A DNA stretch of 56,426 bases, taken from the NCBI GenBank assembly GCA_023261845.1, contig JALNJZ010000009.1, positions 1 to 56,426 on the forward strand. The letters are read 5' to 3'. Positions 1 through 9,313 of the stretch are shown piece by piece. The DNA comes from Candidatus Terraquivivens tengchongensis. Its GTDB lineage: Archaea > Thermoproteota > Nitrososphaeria_A > Caldarchaeales > Wolframiiraptoraceae. Numbering within the stretch: the first letter of the stretch is position 1; each line of letters begins with the position of its first letter. The notes under the pieces are model-generated. The model saw only the letters and a program-made list of their open reading frames with translations, ran no database searches and was not told where the DNA came from. The translations under genes and the position numbers were made by a program.

Positions 1-30
1 TAGTGCGTTTGGTATTATGGGTGATTATTA

Positions 31-995
31 GTTCCGAGAATACCTATAAGGGCTTGAAACTCAAGCAAATCATTCTACCTACCACCCCTCATACAAGTTC
101 CGAGAATACCTATAAGGGCTTGAAACTGAAATTCGACAGCAAAACAGCAGTCTCAACATCCACGTTCCGAGAATACCTATAAGGGCTTGAAACTACCTAT
201 CCAACTCTGTTGAGATGCCAAGTGTCATAAGTTCCGAGAATACCTATAAGGGCTTGAAACAAGATTGTCGCTCACCAATCCTGAATACGTTCATAAGTTC
301 CGAGAATACCTATAAGGGCTTGAAACCTCCCTCTCAACTGCCCTATTAGTCACAACTATTTGTGTTCCGAGAATACCTATAAGGGCTTGAAACAATGTAG
401 AAGTAGTGGATATGCAGGGTGAGATAATACGTTCCGAGAATACCTATAAGGGCTTGAAACTCGTATACATTCAAGTCTATATCTATCTCAGAAATAAGGT
501 TCCGAGAATACCTATAAGGGCTTGAAACAATGTTTCTCATCCACTTTCTCCTCAACATAGAAGCGGTTCCGAGAATACCTATAAGGGCTTGAAACTGGGA
601 AGAATCTAGTGATGAAGATGATGGAGATTTGGTTCCGAGAATACCTATAAGGGCTTGAAACTCAAGCTGAAAAGGTCGGATGGATACGAGGAGACACTGG
701 TTCCGAGAATACCTATAAGGGCTTGAAACACATGTTGATGTTGGAGGGAAGTAATATGAGTGATGGGTTCCGAGAATACCTATAAGGGCTTGAAACTTTC
801 AACTTAGATTCAAGCACAGTATCCAGAAACTTGTTCCGAGAATACCTATAAGGGCTTGAAACGGAGAATCACGCTTATACCGGCAAGTATAATACCGAGT
901 TCCGAGAATACCTATAAGGGCTTGAAACAGACCTCGATATAAATGGATCGACACGATTGGTGAAGGTTCCGAGAATACCTATAAGGGCTTGAAAC
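31..995 (+). CRISPR. CRISPR array, 15 identical 30-bp repeats GTTCCGAGAATACCTATAAGGGCTTGAAAC with 14 complete 36-38 bp spacers; probably continues beyond the left window edge
   Basis: Repeats start at 31, 97, 164, 231, 297, 364, 431, 499, 566, 632, 700, 767, 833, 899 and 966. The 3' GAAAC end suggests + strand transcription with the leader outside the window. Confidence 0.99.
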
Positions 996-1025
996 GCAAA
1001 GTGGAGCTTGTAACGATGATGCTTT

Positions 1026-1274
1026 TTGAAACTTCTAGGAGCCTTAATGAGCCTCAAAGGTTTAGCATGCTCTACCATCATCGGACTGTCTACAACTAGC
1101 CAACGTCGTGAGCTTGAAAAAGCTTTAGAGCCTGCAAAGGAAAACTCATTCTGGTATGCTCAAATAAAGACCTATGTAGAACGGCTGGAAGAGGAGGGAA
1201 TAGAGTTCATAGACCCGGAAGAGAAAGATGCTCTGAAAAAATTGGATAAGATTATCTCTCAGACTTCAGGTTAA
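1026..1274 (+). CDS. hypothetical protein or gene remnant
   Basis: 82-aa ORF with a charged, helical-looking C-terminal part; no recognisable motif. Confidence 0.3.
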   Translation: MKLLGALMSLKGLACSTIIGLSTTSQRRELEKALEPAKENSFWYAQIKTYVERLEEEGIEFIDPEEKDALKKLDKIISQTSG

Positions 1275-1298
1275 AGGTCGTGAAACACACATAAGTCA

Positions 1299-1538
1299 TC
1301 ACCAGTTCCTAGGATAAACATTAGTACAAGCATCGCACATATTTCTTAAGTAAAGGCTTCCGTTGATCCAAACTTCCCTAATTTTAATACAGTTCTGGCA
1401 AACTATTCTTAAGCATTCGTCGCATATCCTTGAGCAAGATATGCAAGTCTTCTTACTGCAAACTTTACAGTTTCCTCTAACCTCATCCCTTTTAACAACC
1501 GAGCCACACGATGGACAAATAACGAAAGCCTTATCCAT
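1299..1538 (-). CDS. small Cys-rich zinc-finger protein
   Basis: Six CxxC motifs in 79 aa (CPSC, CKVC, CISC, CDEC, CQNC, CDAC). Confidence 0.65.
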   Translation of the reverse strand: MDKAFVICPSCGSVVKRDEVRGNCKVCSKKTCISCSRICDECLRIVCQNCIKIREVWINGSLYLRNMCDACTNVYPRNW

Positions 1539-1882
1539 TGCTATTACCCTTCAGAAACTTCTTGAAGCACGTTGGGCATAGCTTCCCGCAAACAATACAT
1601 TTTCCGCCTAGATTGAATGGTACAACTATGAACTTAAGCTCATCAACATCACCAAGAACTTTCAGAAATCTATTCCTAGGTTCGTATCTTGCCTTCACTC
1701 ATCAGCTTCCTAATAACTTCTTCAGGATTGTTGAATCCCTTAGCCTTTAACTCTCTAGTTGCATCTTGTATTGAAATTAATCCTCCGAAGAGCTTGCTTA
1801 AGCTTCTAAGAGCTTCACTAACCTTTCCGCTCGATAATAGTAGATTTTGATAGAATCTACTATCTTTCACCTCCTTTAGCAT
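1531..1882 (-). pseudogene. frameshifted winged-helix (MCM C-terminal-like) plus Zn-finger gene remnant
   Basis: ORF 1882-1676 ends ...LMSEGKI. A frame shift near 1685 continues as (Y)EPRNRFLKVL...CIVCGKLCPTC to a stop overlapping the ATG of the next gene. Confidence 0.55.
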
Positions 1883-2016
1883 GGTGGGTTGGTTGAAGGT
1901 AAAGGATCATGGATTTTAGCCTTCATTTCCTCATAGCTTACCATGCCCTCACAACCGTTATACGATTATACGATGCTTGAAAGCCAATTTTAGAATCAGT
2001 TTGGCGATTCGGTGGC

Positions 2017-2721
2017 CTATTTTTTGGCGACTATTAGAATTAACATGGTCAGGTTTATCATCCTTTCCTTCAGGAATTTAAAACGCTTTAGCAAATTCAT
2101 TAGTTTCTTCCTGTTAAACCTGTTTAAATGGAGTTTTCCCCAAACCCTGCCGGCTCCCAAGTATTTCCAAAAACCCCACAACACTTTGTAAATGGGAGAC
2201 CCCTCATTAGGAACTGTTAGTACTAACAATCCATTTGGTCTTAAAACTCTATGAATTTCATCAACAAAATTTTTCGGCGAAAAAGAATGCTCCAAAACTT
2301 CCAAGGACGTGACTACATCAAAAGCATCGGAACGAAATGGTGGATTTTCTCCAACACATTTCACGAAACTGCAGAGGTCATCCTTTAGCTTTATGTTCGC
2401 ATAAGCGATGTGAGGGGACGACGGATCTACACCTACAACCTCACTTTTTAAAGTCTTTAGCATGAGCCTTATGAAAGTACCGCCGTTGCAACCTAAGTCG
2501 AGGACCAAAGGTTGATGATTGAGTGTGAGGTTTTGAATGAGTTCTTTCAGAGCAGATCTATAACGATTGCTATGATAAGTTCTGAGGAACAAATTCCTTG
2601 AGTGCAAAACATTGTCATAGTAGCTTGGGCTTACATTATATTTTTCTAGGAGAAAAGGGAAGTTACGTTGTAAATGCGACAGTGTGTGATGACTTTGTTG
2701 GACTTCTGGACCATGATTCAT
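2017..2721 (-). CDS. class I SAM-dependent methyltransferase
   Basis: VLDLGCNGG motif I, GVDPS, FDVV..LEVLEH, LRPNGLL. Confidence 0.9.
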   Translation of the reverse strand: MNHGPEVQQSHHTLSHLQRNFPFLLEKYNVSPSYYDNVLHSRNLFLRTYHSNRYRSALKELIQNLTLNHQPLVLDLGCNGGTFIRLMLKTLKSEVVGVDPSSPHIAYANIKLKDDLCSFVKCVGENPPFRSDAFDVVTSLEVLEHSFSPKNFVDEIHRVLRPNGLLVLTVPNEGSPIYKVLWGFWKYLGAGRVWGKLHLNRFNRKKLMNLLKRFKFLKERMINLTMLILIVAKK

Positions 2722-2941
2722 GTATTATGTCACTAAACCATCAACCTCAGGTTTGACACTTCTTAAATAAATAAGTTTACGGTGAGGATTGTTTTTAACG
2801 ATGGGATTAAAAGGGACAGGCGTCTAGGATGTTCGAGAAAGCGGATATTCGATTCCTAGTTGATGATGTTGCTATCTATCTGGAGATTTTTGGTAACAGA
2901 TAATAGTATCCCTACCACATTTTAGGTAAAGTAGAGGTCCT

Positions 2942-3901
2942 ATGAGCGTTTCAACGTTCAAGCACGTCTTTGGACTCGTAAGGTCTAGAAGATTAGGCAG
3001 GAGCTTGGGTGTTAACAACGTACCATACAAAACCTGCACTTATTCTTGTATATGCTGTCAGCTTGGCAGGACAACGAACCTTACGGTGGAAAGGAGGGCT
3101 TTTTATAACCTAGAAAGCACGGTGTCCGAGGTTTCTGAGTTTATCGGCAGTGTAAGTGAGGATGTGGATTACGTGACGTTCGTCCCTGATGGAGAACCCC
3201 TTCTGGACATAAACATAGGCCGAGAGATCTTTGAGATTAAGAATAGAGTGCCCAAGCCCGTAGCCGTGCTTACTAACGCCTCACTATTGTTTCGAGAGGA
3301 TGCCAGAGAAGATCTCCTTAATGCGGACTTCGTCTCCGTAAAGATAGATGTGCTCAAGGAGGGTACATGGAAGATTGTCAACAGACCGCATCCGGACCTA
3401 AAGCTTACTGACATACTTGAAGGTGTTGAGGAGTTTGCTAAGATATTTAAAGGTAAGCTAACCACGGAAACTATGCTCGTAAATGACTTTAACACGAACT
3501 TGGATGAGCTAAGAGTCATCGCAAGCTTCATCCGAAGCCTTAACCCATGGAAGGCCTACGTGGCAATTCCGGTGAGACCTCCTGCGGAGGCATACGTCAA
3601 GCCGCCAACACCGGAGAAGCTTGTAGAGATATACGTGCTCTTTGCCGACAAGCTTGGCGAGGATAGGGTAGAGCTGCTCAACTTGCCGGAACCTCCTGAA
3701 TTTTATGTTTACGGAGACCCCGAAAATTGGCTCTTAAACTTAGTATCGGTACACCCGATGAGGCTAAGCCACGCGCTAATAGTACTCAAAAAGACTGTAA
3801 AGGACCCTGAAAGCTTCATACGCAGGCTTGCGGAGAGATGTGAGATAAGCTTGGTCAACTTCGCTGGTGAGGAATTCATCGTGAGGAGATTTTCCCGATA
3901 A
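2942..3901 (+). CDS. radical SAM Fe-S protein (COG0731-like)
   Basis: SRRLGRSLG N-terminal motif, CTYSCICC (CxxxCxxC), DGEP, LTNASL. Confidence 0.9.
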   Translation: MSVSTFKHVFGLVRSRRLGRSLGVNNVPYKTCTYSCICCQLGRTTNLTVERRAFYNLESTVSEVSEFIGSVSEDVDYVTFVPDGEPLLDINIGREIFEIKNRVPKPVAVLTNASLLFREDAREDLLNADFVSVKIDVLKEGTWKIVNRPHPDLKLTDILEGVEEFAKIFKGKLTTETMLVNDFNTNLDELRVIASFIRSLNPWKAYVAIPVRPPAEAYVKPPTPEKLVEIYVLFADKLGEDRVELLNLPEPPEFYVYGDPENWLLNLVSVHPMRLSHALIVLKKTVKDPESFIRRLAERCEISLVNFAGEEFIVRRFSR

Positions 3902-3959
3902 AATTGTTATAACGCAGAGGTTTCCCTTCTTATTCTTATAACGTGAGGGGTCGCATCCT

Positions 3960-5210
3960 TTGGGCTCCAGACGCTTAAATGGATGGATAGCTCTAATCTT
4001 AGCATCAGCGGTTTCTTCATACGCGCTTTCTTATGTTATCCACTTCCCAGATATTCCAGGGAACATTTACTCCGACATCGTGTCCTTCTATTTTCGCGAT
4101 CCTCTAATCAAAGATGTTAAGATTCCATACATTGAATTAGATTTTGAGTATCCTCCACTCGCCGGATTAATGGTATATCTCGCAGCGGTCATAGGAAGAG
4201 GTGAGCTCGTGCCTTATTATATTGCGATATCTACAATGCTATTCGTGTTCTATATTGTATTAGTTCTCACTGTCACGATGATACTACTCGAAAGGTCATG
4301 CTCAAAACTTTACCTCTTCATCTTCCTCATATTCGCTCCGAGCATTATCGTATATGGTAATTACAATTTTGATATAACATTTACTGCACTACTCATGTTA
4401 TCCATATGGATATTTGAGAAAGGGAAGCTAAGAACCTCTGCTCTGCTATTTTCAGCGGCAATGTTGACAAAACTCGTGAATGTTATATTGCTTCCCTTTT
4501 TACTGTTAAGGATTCAAGGCTGGAAGAGAAGGGCATATTACCTCTTATATGCTATTCTACCTTTTACCATAGTGAACTTAGTCTTATTATTCCTGAACCC
4601 GAAATTTATCGATGGTACGTATTTCTATCATGCAAGGTGGGGATTGGAGAATGCATGGTATGTTTACCTTTTCCCTTCACCGGATTCGTGGAATGCCGCG
4701 AAGATATTCGGTGCGTTGCTGATGGCATATGGTCTCATTAAAGTATACTTATGCGAAGTCAGAGATATCTATCTCGAGTCATTCATGCTACTCTCAGTTT
4801 TTCTCCTAGCAAGTTATATCTTCACACCACAGATGGTTATTTTCATCCTACCGTTCCTAGCAATTTTAAACTATTTCCCTATGGCCTTCATCGCGTTCGA
4901 GCCTGCAAACGTCGGAATAATACTTACTTGGTTTCTGGCTGAGAACCCTATCGCTCCGGGTAGTATGCCACAGAACCTGGCGTTAATTAGAGCCATAGCG
5001 CTTTTCTTTATGCTAATCGAGGTTTACTTTAGATATCGAGGAACTAGAAGTTTTAGAGAATATTTCATGCCGACTGTCAAGCAGGCAATCCAAACAACAG
5101 AAGCAAATCCGAGTACCATTCGGGTTTCACAGGAAAGAACACCAGGAACCACACCACCTGAACAAGTGTTGCGGCATAAAGCACGTATTCAAATTTCCTG
5201 TCATCGATGA
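3960..5210 (+). CDS. GT-C fold membrane glycosyltransferase (GT87/mannosyltransferase-like)
   Basis: Multi-TM protein with YSDI, PY..FEYPPL and NFD motifs. Confidence 0.75.
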   Translation: MGSRRLNGWIALILASAVSSYALSYVIHFPDIPGNIYSDIVSFYFRDPLIKDVKIPYIELDFEYPPLAGLMVYLAAVIGRGELVPYYIAISTMLFVFYIVLVLTVTMILLERSCSKLYLFIFLIFAPSIIVYGNYNFDITFTALLMLSIWIFEKGKLRTSALLFSAAMLTKLVNVILLPFLLLRIQGWKRRAYYLLYAILPFTIVNLVLLFLNPKFIDGTYFYHARWGLENAWYVYLFPSPDSWNAAKIFGALLMAYGLIKVYLCEVRDIYLESFMLLSVFLLASYIFTPQMVIFILPFLAILNYFPMAFIAFEPANVGIILTWFLAENPIAPGSMPQNLALIRAIALFFMLIEVYFRYRGTRSFREYFMPTVKQAIQTTEANPSTIRVSQERTPGTTPPEQVLRHKARIQISCHR

Positions 5211-6384
5211 ATATCGTGGGTAAACCCATGGCTATCACGGGAACAGTCATGCAAAAATAGAATGGATAAACCCATCTATGAAACACATAAGCTAGGGGGA
5301 AGTAAACGAGATAATTTGTAGCGAACCATAAGGTGACGAATATCTCCATTTTTGGAAAATCACCACTTCGTAACTTCAGATACGTAAAGTAAAGTAAAGA
5401 AACGATAACAAGCCAACCCGTCCACCAAAGCGGTGTCTGCATGACGTAATATGCTATTGGATGATATTTCTTGCTATCAACGATCACCTCGACAACGTAA
5501 AGGGGTGATCTTGGAAATTGCATCATCGGTAAAATCCATGTTAGGGGCATATCGACCTTATACATTTCCTGCGGATCAAAGGTAAGTATCGTATGGTAGT
5601 TCCACATGAATGCGAGGTGCTCAAATGGTGTTTTATAAGCGCCATAGGCATAATCATAGATAGCTAGACCAACGATCATTATAACAGCCGCCGTAAATAC
5701 TACGAGCTCGACTATTCTAATCCACTTTCGTAAGGCGAATCTTAAGTCCTTTTTCGATTCATGTACATTCTTGAAAAATATGTAAAGCATGAGGCTGATG
5801 ACGATGAGGAATGCGGATACCTTTGAGAGTAATGCGAGCCCAAGACTAATGCCCGATGCAATGAACCTATGCCTAAGCAAGAATAGAGTACCTAAGAGGG
5901 AAAACATCAGGGCCGGGGCATCAAGTATCGCTATAGAGCCTATGTTAAATGACGTGACATCGAATCCGAAAAGAATGGAGGCGATTATGGATAACTTTCT
6001 ACTGCCTGACAACTCATATGCGATTAAACCGACGAGATAAACGCACGCGGCACCGCATAATGTTATGAACGTCCTCCAACCATATGGATTATCACCAAAA
6101 ATCAGTATCCCGAGCATGATCAATGCCTTGGACAGTGGTGGGTGTTCGTTGTTCGCAGCTTGTCCAATAAGCATTTTTCTAGCTGCTGGAACATAATGCG
6201 CTTCATCGAAAACAAAGCCACAACCACCTGTCTCAGGTAGTCGGTCAATACATTCTTCTGCTGGTAAATCTGGCCATGGGTGAGGTATTATTAAAAGCTT
6301 GAAGACTGTTATGACGACGGTTATCGCTATTAACCAAAACCTCAGCTTTTTAAACGATCTTAAGAGTGATCTCCATATATCCAT
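5077..6384 (-). CDS. PMT-family (dolichyl-phosphate-sugar:protein) glycosyltransferase
   Basis: VFDEAHYV and EHPPLSK motifs, GDNPYGWR, multi-TM. Confidence 0.85.
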   Translation of the reverse strand: MDIWRSLLRSFKKLRFWLIAITVVITVFKLLIIPHPWPDLPAEECIDRLPETGGCGFVFDEAHYVPAARKMLIGQAANNEHPPLSKALIMLGILIFGDNPYGWRTFITLCGAACVYLVGLIAYELSGSRKLSIIASILFGFDVTSFNIGSIAILDAPALMFSLLGTLFLLRHRFIASGISLGLALLSKVSAFLIVISLMLYIFFKNVHESKKDLRFALRKWIRIVELVVFTAAVIMIVGLAIYDYAYGAYKTPFEHLAFMWNYHTILTFDPQEMYKVDMPLTWILPMMQFPRSPLYVVEVIVDSKKYHPIAYYVMQTPLWWTGWLVIVSLLYFTYLKLRSGDFPKMEIFVTLWFATNYLVYFPLAYVFHRWVYPFYFCMTVPVIAMGLPTIFIDDRKFEYVLYAATLVQVVWFLVFFPVKPEWYSDLLLLFGLPA

Positions 6385-6490
6385 CTAACTAAAGGGTATT
6401 ACACTTGATTATAATATTTGCTCTTAAGTTCCAATTACCGTCAAAAAATCGCATATCAACTTGCTCTAGTTTAAAATAACGCTCACGAGG

Positions 6491-6715
6491 ATGCATCCTG
6501 GAGAATCCTACGTAAATCACGTCGAGCTCGTAGTTACGGACTATGAAAAACCTGGAGGGGTAATTAAATTCAAGATCAATGTGATCGAGGCGGTAGGAGA
6601 ATTTTCAGGAAAAATCTACACGAGCATTGCTGGCGATTTTGAATCACCGGAAGCGAACGGTATGATAACATTATGCAAAGTTGATAGTAATGGTTATCTT
6701 CATTGTCCTACCTAA
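6491..6715 (+). pseudogene. short ORF, possibly a gene fragment
   Basis: 74-aa protein-like ORF with an in-frame stop shortly upstream; no motif. Confidence 0.25.
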
Positions 6716-6835
6716 AAAGAGATACGCTGGATTCAAAGCCTATCTGGCTCAGACGGTCCTAGATGCTTTCGTCATAGTGTAGCCGTGCACGTTCAACAAA
6801 ATTATAAATACTCTTTTCCTACACAACTTATGATT

Positions 6836-7477
6836 ATGAAAATAGGAGTGGTCATTCCCATCAGGGTAGGTGGATCCTTAAGCGAAGAGACGAAAAAATC
6901 GCTGGACAGCATTCAAAATCACGTCAGCATCGTAAAGATCATATACGGAAAAAACGTTTCCAGACAGCGGAACATTGGTGTTAAAGAAATAGCAGACAGT
7001 GTGGACGTCATAGCCCTACTCGATGACGATGTGAGCTTCGAACCTGAGACCTTCATGGACCTCGTAAGTATGGCCTATGAGAGCTCGATGATAGTTCACA
7101 GCGATGCGAGCTGGTTCTTCAGACCGGAGGTTTACGCGAAGGTTGGCGGCTTTGACGAGAGGTTCGTAAGGGTTTACGAGGAGGATACGGATTTTAACGA
7201 GAGGGCTAGGAGGCTCGGACTATTCTTAAGAGCGGATGGTGTAAAGCATCCAAAGAAGGTGCCGACCTTTAGGAAGCTTTTCCTGATGAGGTTCAATAAA
7301 GCATTCTACATGCTTAAGAATGAGCGGAGCCTTAAAGAATGGCTGAGACAGCTTAGCATGCCGTTCAGAGTTAAGCATCCTTTGCGCTTTCTAGCCCACC
7401 TGTGTTTTTACATAGGCATAATCTATTATGCCTTGGTTATCGCAATATCTGGACGCGATAGGAACTTTATTTCTTGA
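6836..7477 (+). CDS. glycosyltransferase family 2
   Basis: IGVVIP, RNIG, LLDDD, VGGFDERF...EDTDF. Confidence 0.85.
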   Translation: MKIGVVIPIRVGGSLSEETKKSLDSIQNHVSIVKIIYGKNVSRQRNIGVKEIADSVDVIALLDDDVSFEPETFMDLVSMAYESSMIVHSDASWFFRPEVYAKVGGFDERFVRVYEEDTDFNERARRLGLFLRADGVKHPKKVPTFRKLFLMRFNKAFYMLKNERSLKEWLRQLSMPFRVKHPLRFLAHLCFYIGIIYYALVIAISGRDRNFIS

Positions 7478-7482
7478 CGTAG

Positions 7483-7530
7483 AATTAGTTCAGCATCTAC
7501 GAAATTTTTTCCTCAGCTGCTGAACTAATT
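7483..7530. repeat. palindromic element, copy 1 (13-bp inverted repeats AATTAGTTCAGCA, 22-bp spacer)
   Basis: Arms at 7483-7495 and 7518-7530; second copy at 41428-41477. Confidence 0.9.
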
Positions 7531-7725
7531 ACTCTATATACTTCCCTAAAGGTCATGGGCTTATAAGAACGTCTGTCCAGCAGGCTACGACCTAATGATG
7601 TAAACGTTATTTTACCCAAATTATCCACTCACTAAACAAAAATGGTCTTAGCTTATCCTACAAACACGGGATACAGCCGATCGAGAAGAATGGATGCGGG
7701 ATATGAAATTCTACCGGTAAATTGA

Positions 7726-7810
7726 TGCGGGGGGTGGGATTTGAACCCACGAACCCCTACGGGACAGGGTCCTAAGCCCTGCGCCGTTGACCAGGCTTGG
7801 CAACCCCCGC
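7726..7810 (-). tRNA. tRNA-Leu (anticodon TAG), intronless
   Basis: Reverse complement GCGGGGGTTGCCAAGCCTGGTCAACGGCGCAGGGCTTAGGACCCTG...GGTTCAAATCCCACCCCCCGCA; long variable arm. Confidence 0.97.
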
Positions 7811-7848
7811 CTCTCTTTCGGAGATTTAAAGGTCCAAATTAAGGCTTT

Positions 7849-8712
7849 TTATAAAAAGCCTCCGGCTATGAAGGATGCCAGGGCTATAAGCATCCATACC
7901 AAGGATTGGTTTTTTACCTTTATAGCGTTCTCTTTGCTCGGCGACCTGATTATCGAGATCGACGAGTAGATGAAGCCAGCATCGCATACGAGCACAATGG
8001 GTATGTACAAGAACGAGACGTATCCTAGGATGTAAGGTAGTGGGCTAAGACAAACTGCTGAAACGTAGAGGGCCGCGCCGAGAATGGCCGCACTCCTCTC
8101 GCCCATGCTCCTAGCTACTGACCTCACGCCCCTGAGCGCATCGCCCTCGACGTCCGATATTCCCTTGATGACCTCCCTTCCAGTGTTCGCTAAGAAAGCC
8201 AGCAAAGCGAAGATGAACACTTTTGCTCCGACCGTACCATCGCTCATAAGAGAACCGTAGATGAACGGTGCCACGACGTTAAAACTTACCAGCATGTTTC
8301 CGGGTAGACCGCTCGTCTTGACCAAAGAGTTGTATAAGATAGCTGAGGCGTACGCCAGCGTAGCGAAGGCTAAACAGATATATGAGGTAAAGGCGGCGGC
8401 CACCAAACCTAAGGCTCCTAGAACGAAGGAAAAGATGACGGCACTTTTCGGCGATACGGCGCCTGAAGGTATCGGTCTACTCGGCGAGTTTACGGCATCG
8501 ACGTGCCTGTCAAAGTAGTCGTTTATCGCCATGGAGCTTCCGTTGAGGGAGAATGCAGTTACGAAAGCCAGGGGTGCTTGAGATGCTGTCATGAACCTGC
8601 TTTCCGAGAATAGCACACCAACGAGTACTGCTATGAACATCATTATTCCGTTTTGCGGCCTTGTTAACTTAACGTACGCTACGAGCTTGTTGGAGCCACA
8701 CTTTCTAGACAT
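7849..8712 (-). CDS. digeranylgeranylglyceryl phosphate synthase (UbiA family)
   Basis: LTRPQN, NDYFDRHVDAVN..RPIPSG, REVIKGISDVEGD. Confidence 0.9.
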   Translation of the reverse strand: MSRKCGSNKLVAYVKLTRPQNGIMMFIAVLVGVLFSESRFMTASQAPLAFVTAFSLNGSSMAINDYFDRHVDAVNSPSRPIPSGAVSPKSAVIFSFVLGALGLVAAAFTSYICLAFATLAYASAILYNSLVKTSGLPGNMLVSFNVVAPFIYGSLMSDGTVGAKVFIFALLAFLANTGREVIKGISDVEGDALRGVRSVARSMGERSAAILGAALYVSAVCLSPLPYILGYVSFLYIPIVLVCDAGFIYSSISIIRSPSKENAIKVKNQSLVWMLIALASFIAGGFL

Positions 8713-9256
8713 TCCTCAGGTCTACCTGGCTTGCCAGATAATACACGATCTCGTTCCTTCTGTCAACGACGGAAATCACCATCTCTTTCTTGAGGGCTCT
8801 GCAGACGGATAGCAGGTGCTTGATCTTGCTGAGCTTAATGCTTTTACCTTCGCTCAAGGGAGCTATCAAATACTTTGCCGCCTCCTTCTGGAACTCACCC
8901 CTTTCGAACACTCTAAAGATGAGGTCAGGGCTAAAACCTTCCTTGACTGTGTAGCGTCTGTTTCTTAAATCCCTATAGATCACGTAGTCCCTCCACAATG
9001 TCTCGTTCTTACTCTCAAGAGCACATAGGAGCTCGTTAAACGACATCTCAGAATTCTCCGAGACAACCGATACCATCTTGCCTTCGAGCAGGTAAAGCCC
9101 CTCCACATCGCTATAGACAATTATTCCGTTCTCCTTATCAAGCTGACCATAACCCTTAGACAGAAAGGCTAAAGACTGTTCCGATACTTCTGTGTAAATC
9201 TTCTCACCATCAAAGCGCAGCTTAAGCTTAACGAAAGGCACTTCTTCAGGAGACAT
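8705..9256 (-). CDS. endA: tRNA splicing endonuclease, probable structural (non-catalytic) subunit
   Basis: YRDLRNRRYTVKEG, FRVFERG, VVDRRNEIVYY; catalytic Tyr and His positions hold Phe and Ala. Confidence 0.85.
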   Translation of the reverse strand: MSPEEVPFVKLKLRFDGEKIYTEVSEQSLAFLSKGYGQLDKENGIIVYSDVEGLYLLEGKMVSVVSENSEMSFNELLCALESKNETLWRDYVIYRDLRNRRYTVKEGFSPDLIFRVFERGEFQKEAAKYLIAPLSEGKSIKLSKIKHLLSVCRALKKEMVISVVDRRNEIVYYLASQVDLRNV

Positions 9257-9313
9257 GCTCCAATCGTCACCTCTTAGGAAGCTTCAGGATTCTATACCAA
9301 AGATCATCTACCG

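Noticed and set aside
346-1081. ORFs 346-558 and 875-1081 on the - strand
   Set aside because: They are translations of CRISPR repeats and spacers (recurring VSSPYRYSRN and FQALIGILGT).
2860-2890. TGATGA box C-like motif suggesting a C/D sRNA
   Set aside because: No appropriately spaced CTGA box D.
7693-7731. GATGCGGG duplicated next to the tRNA-Leu 3' end as a possible att scar
   Set aside because: Only 8 bp, copies 31 bp apart, and no integrase in the window.
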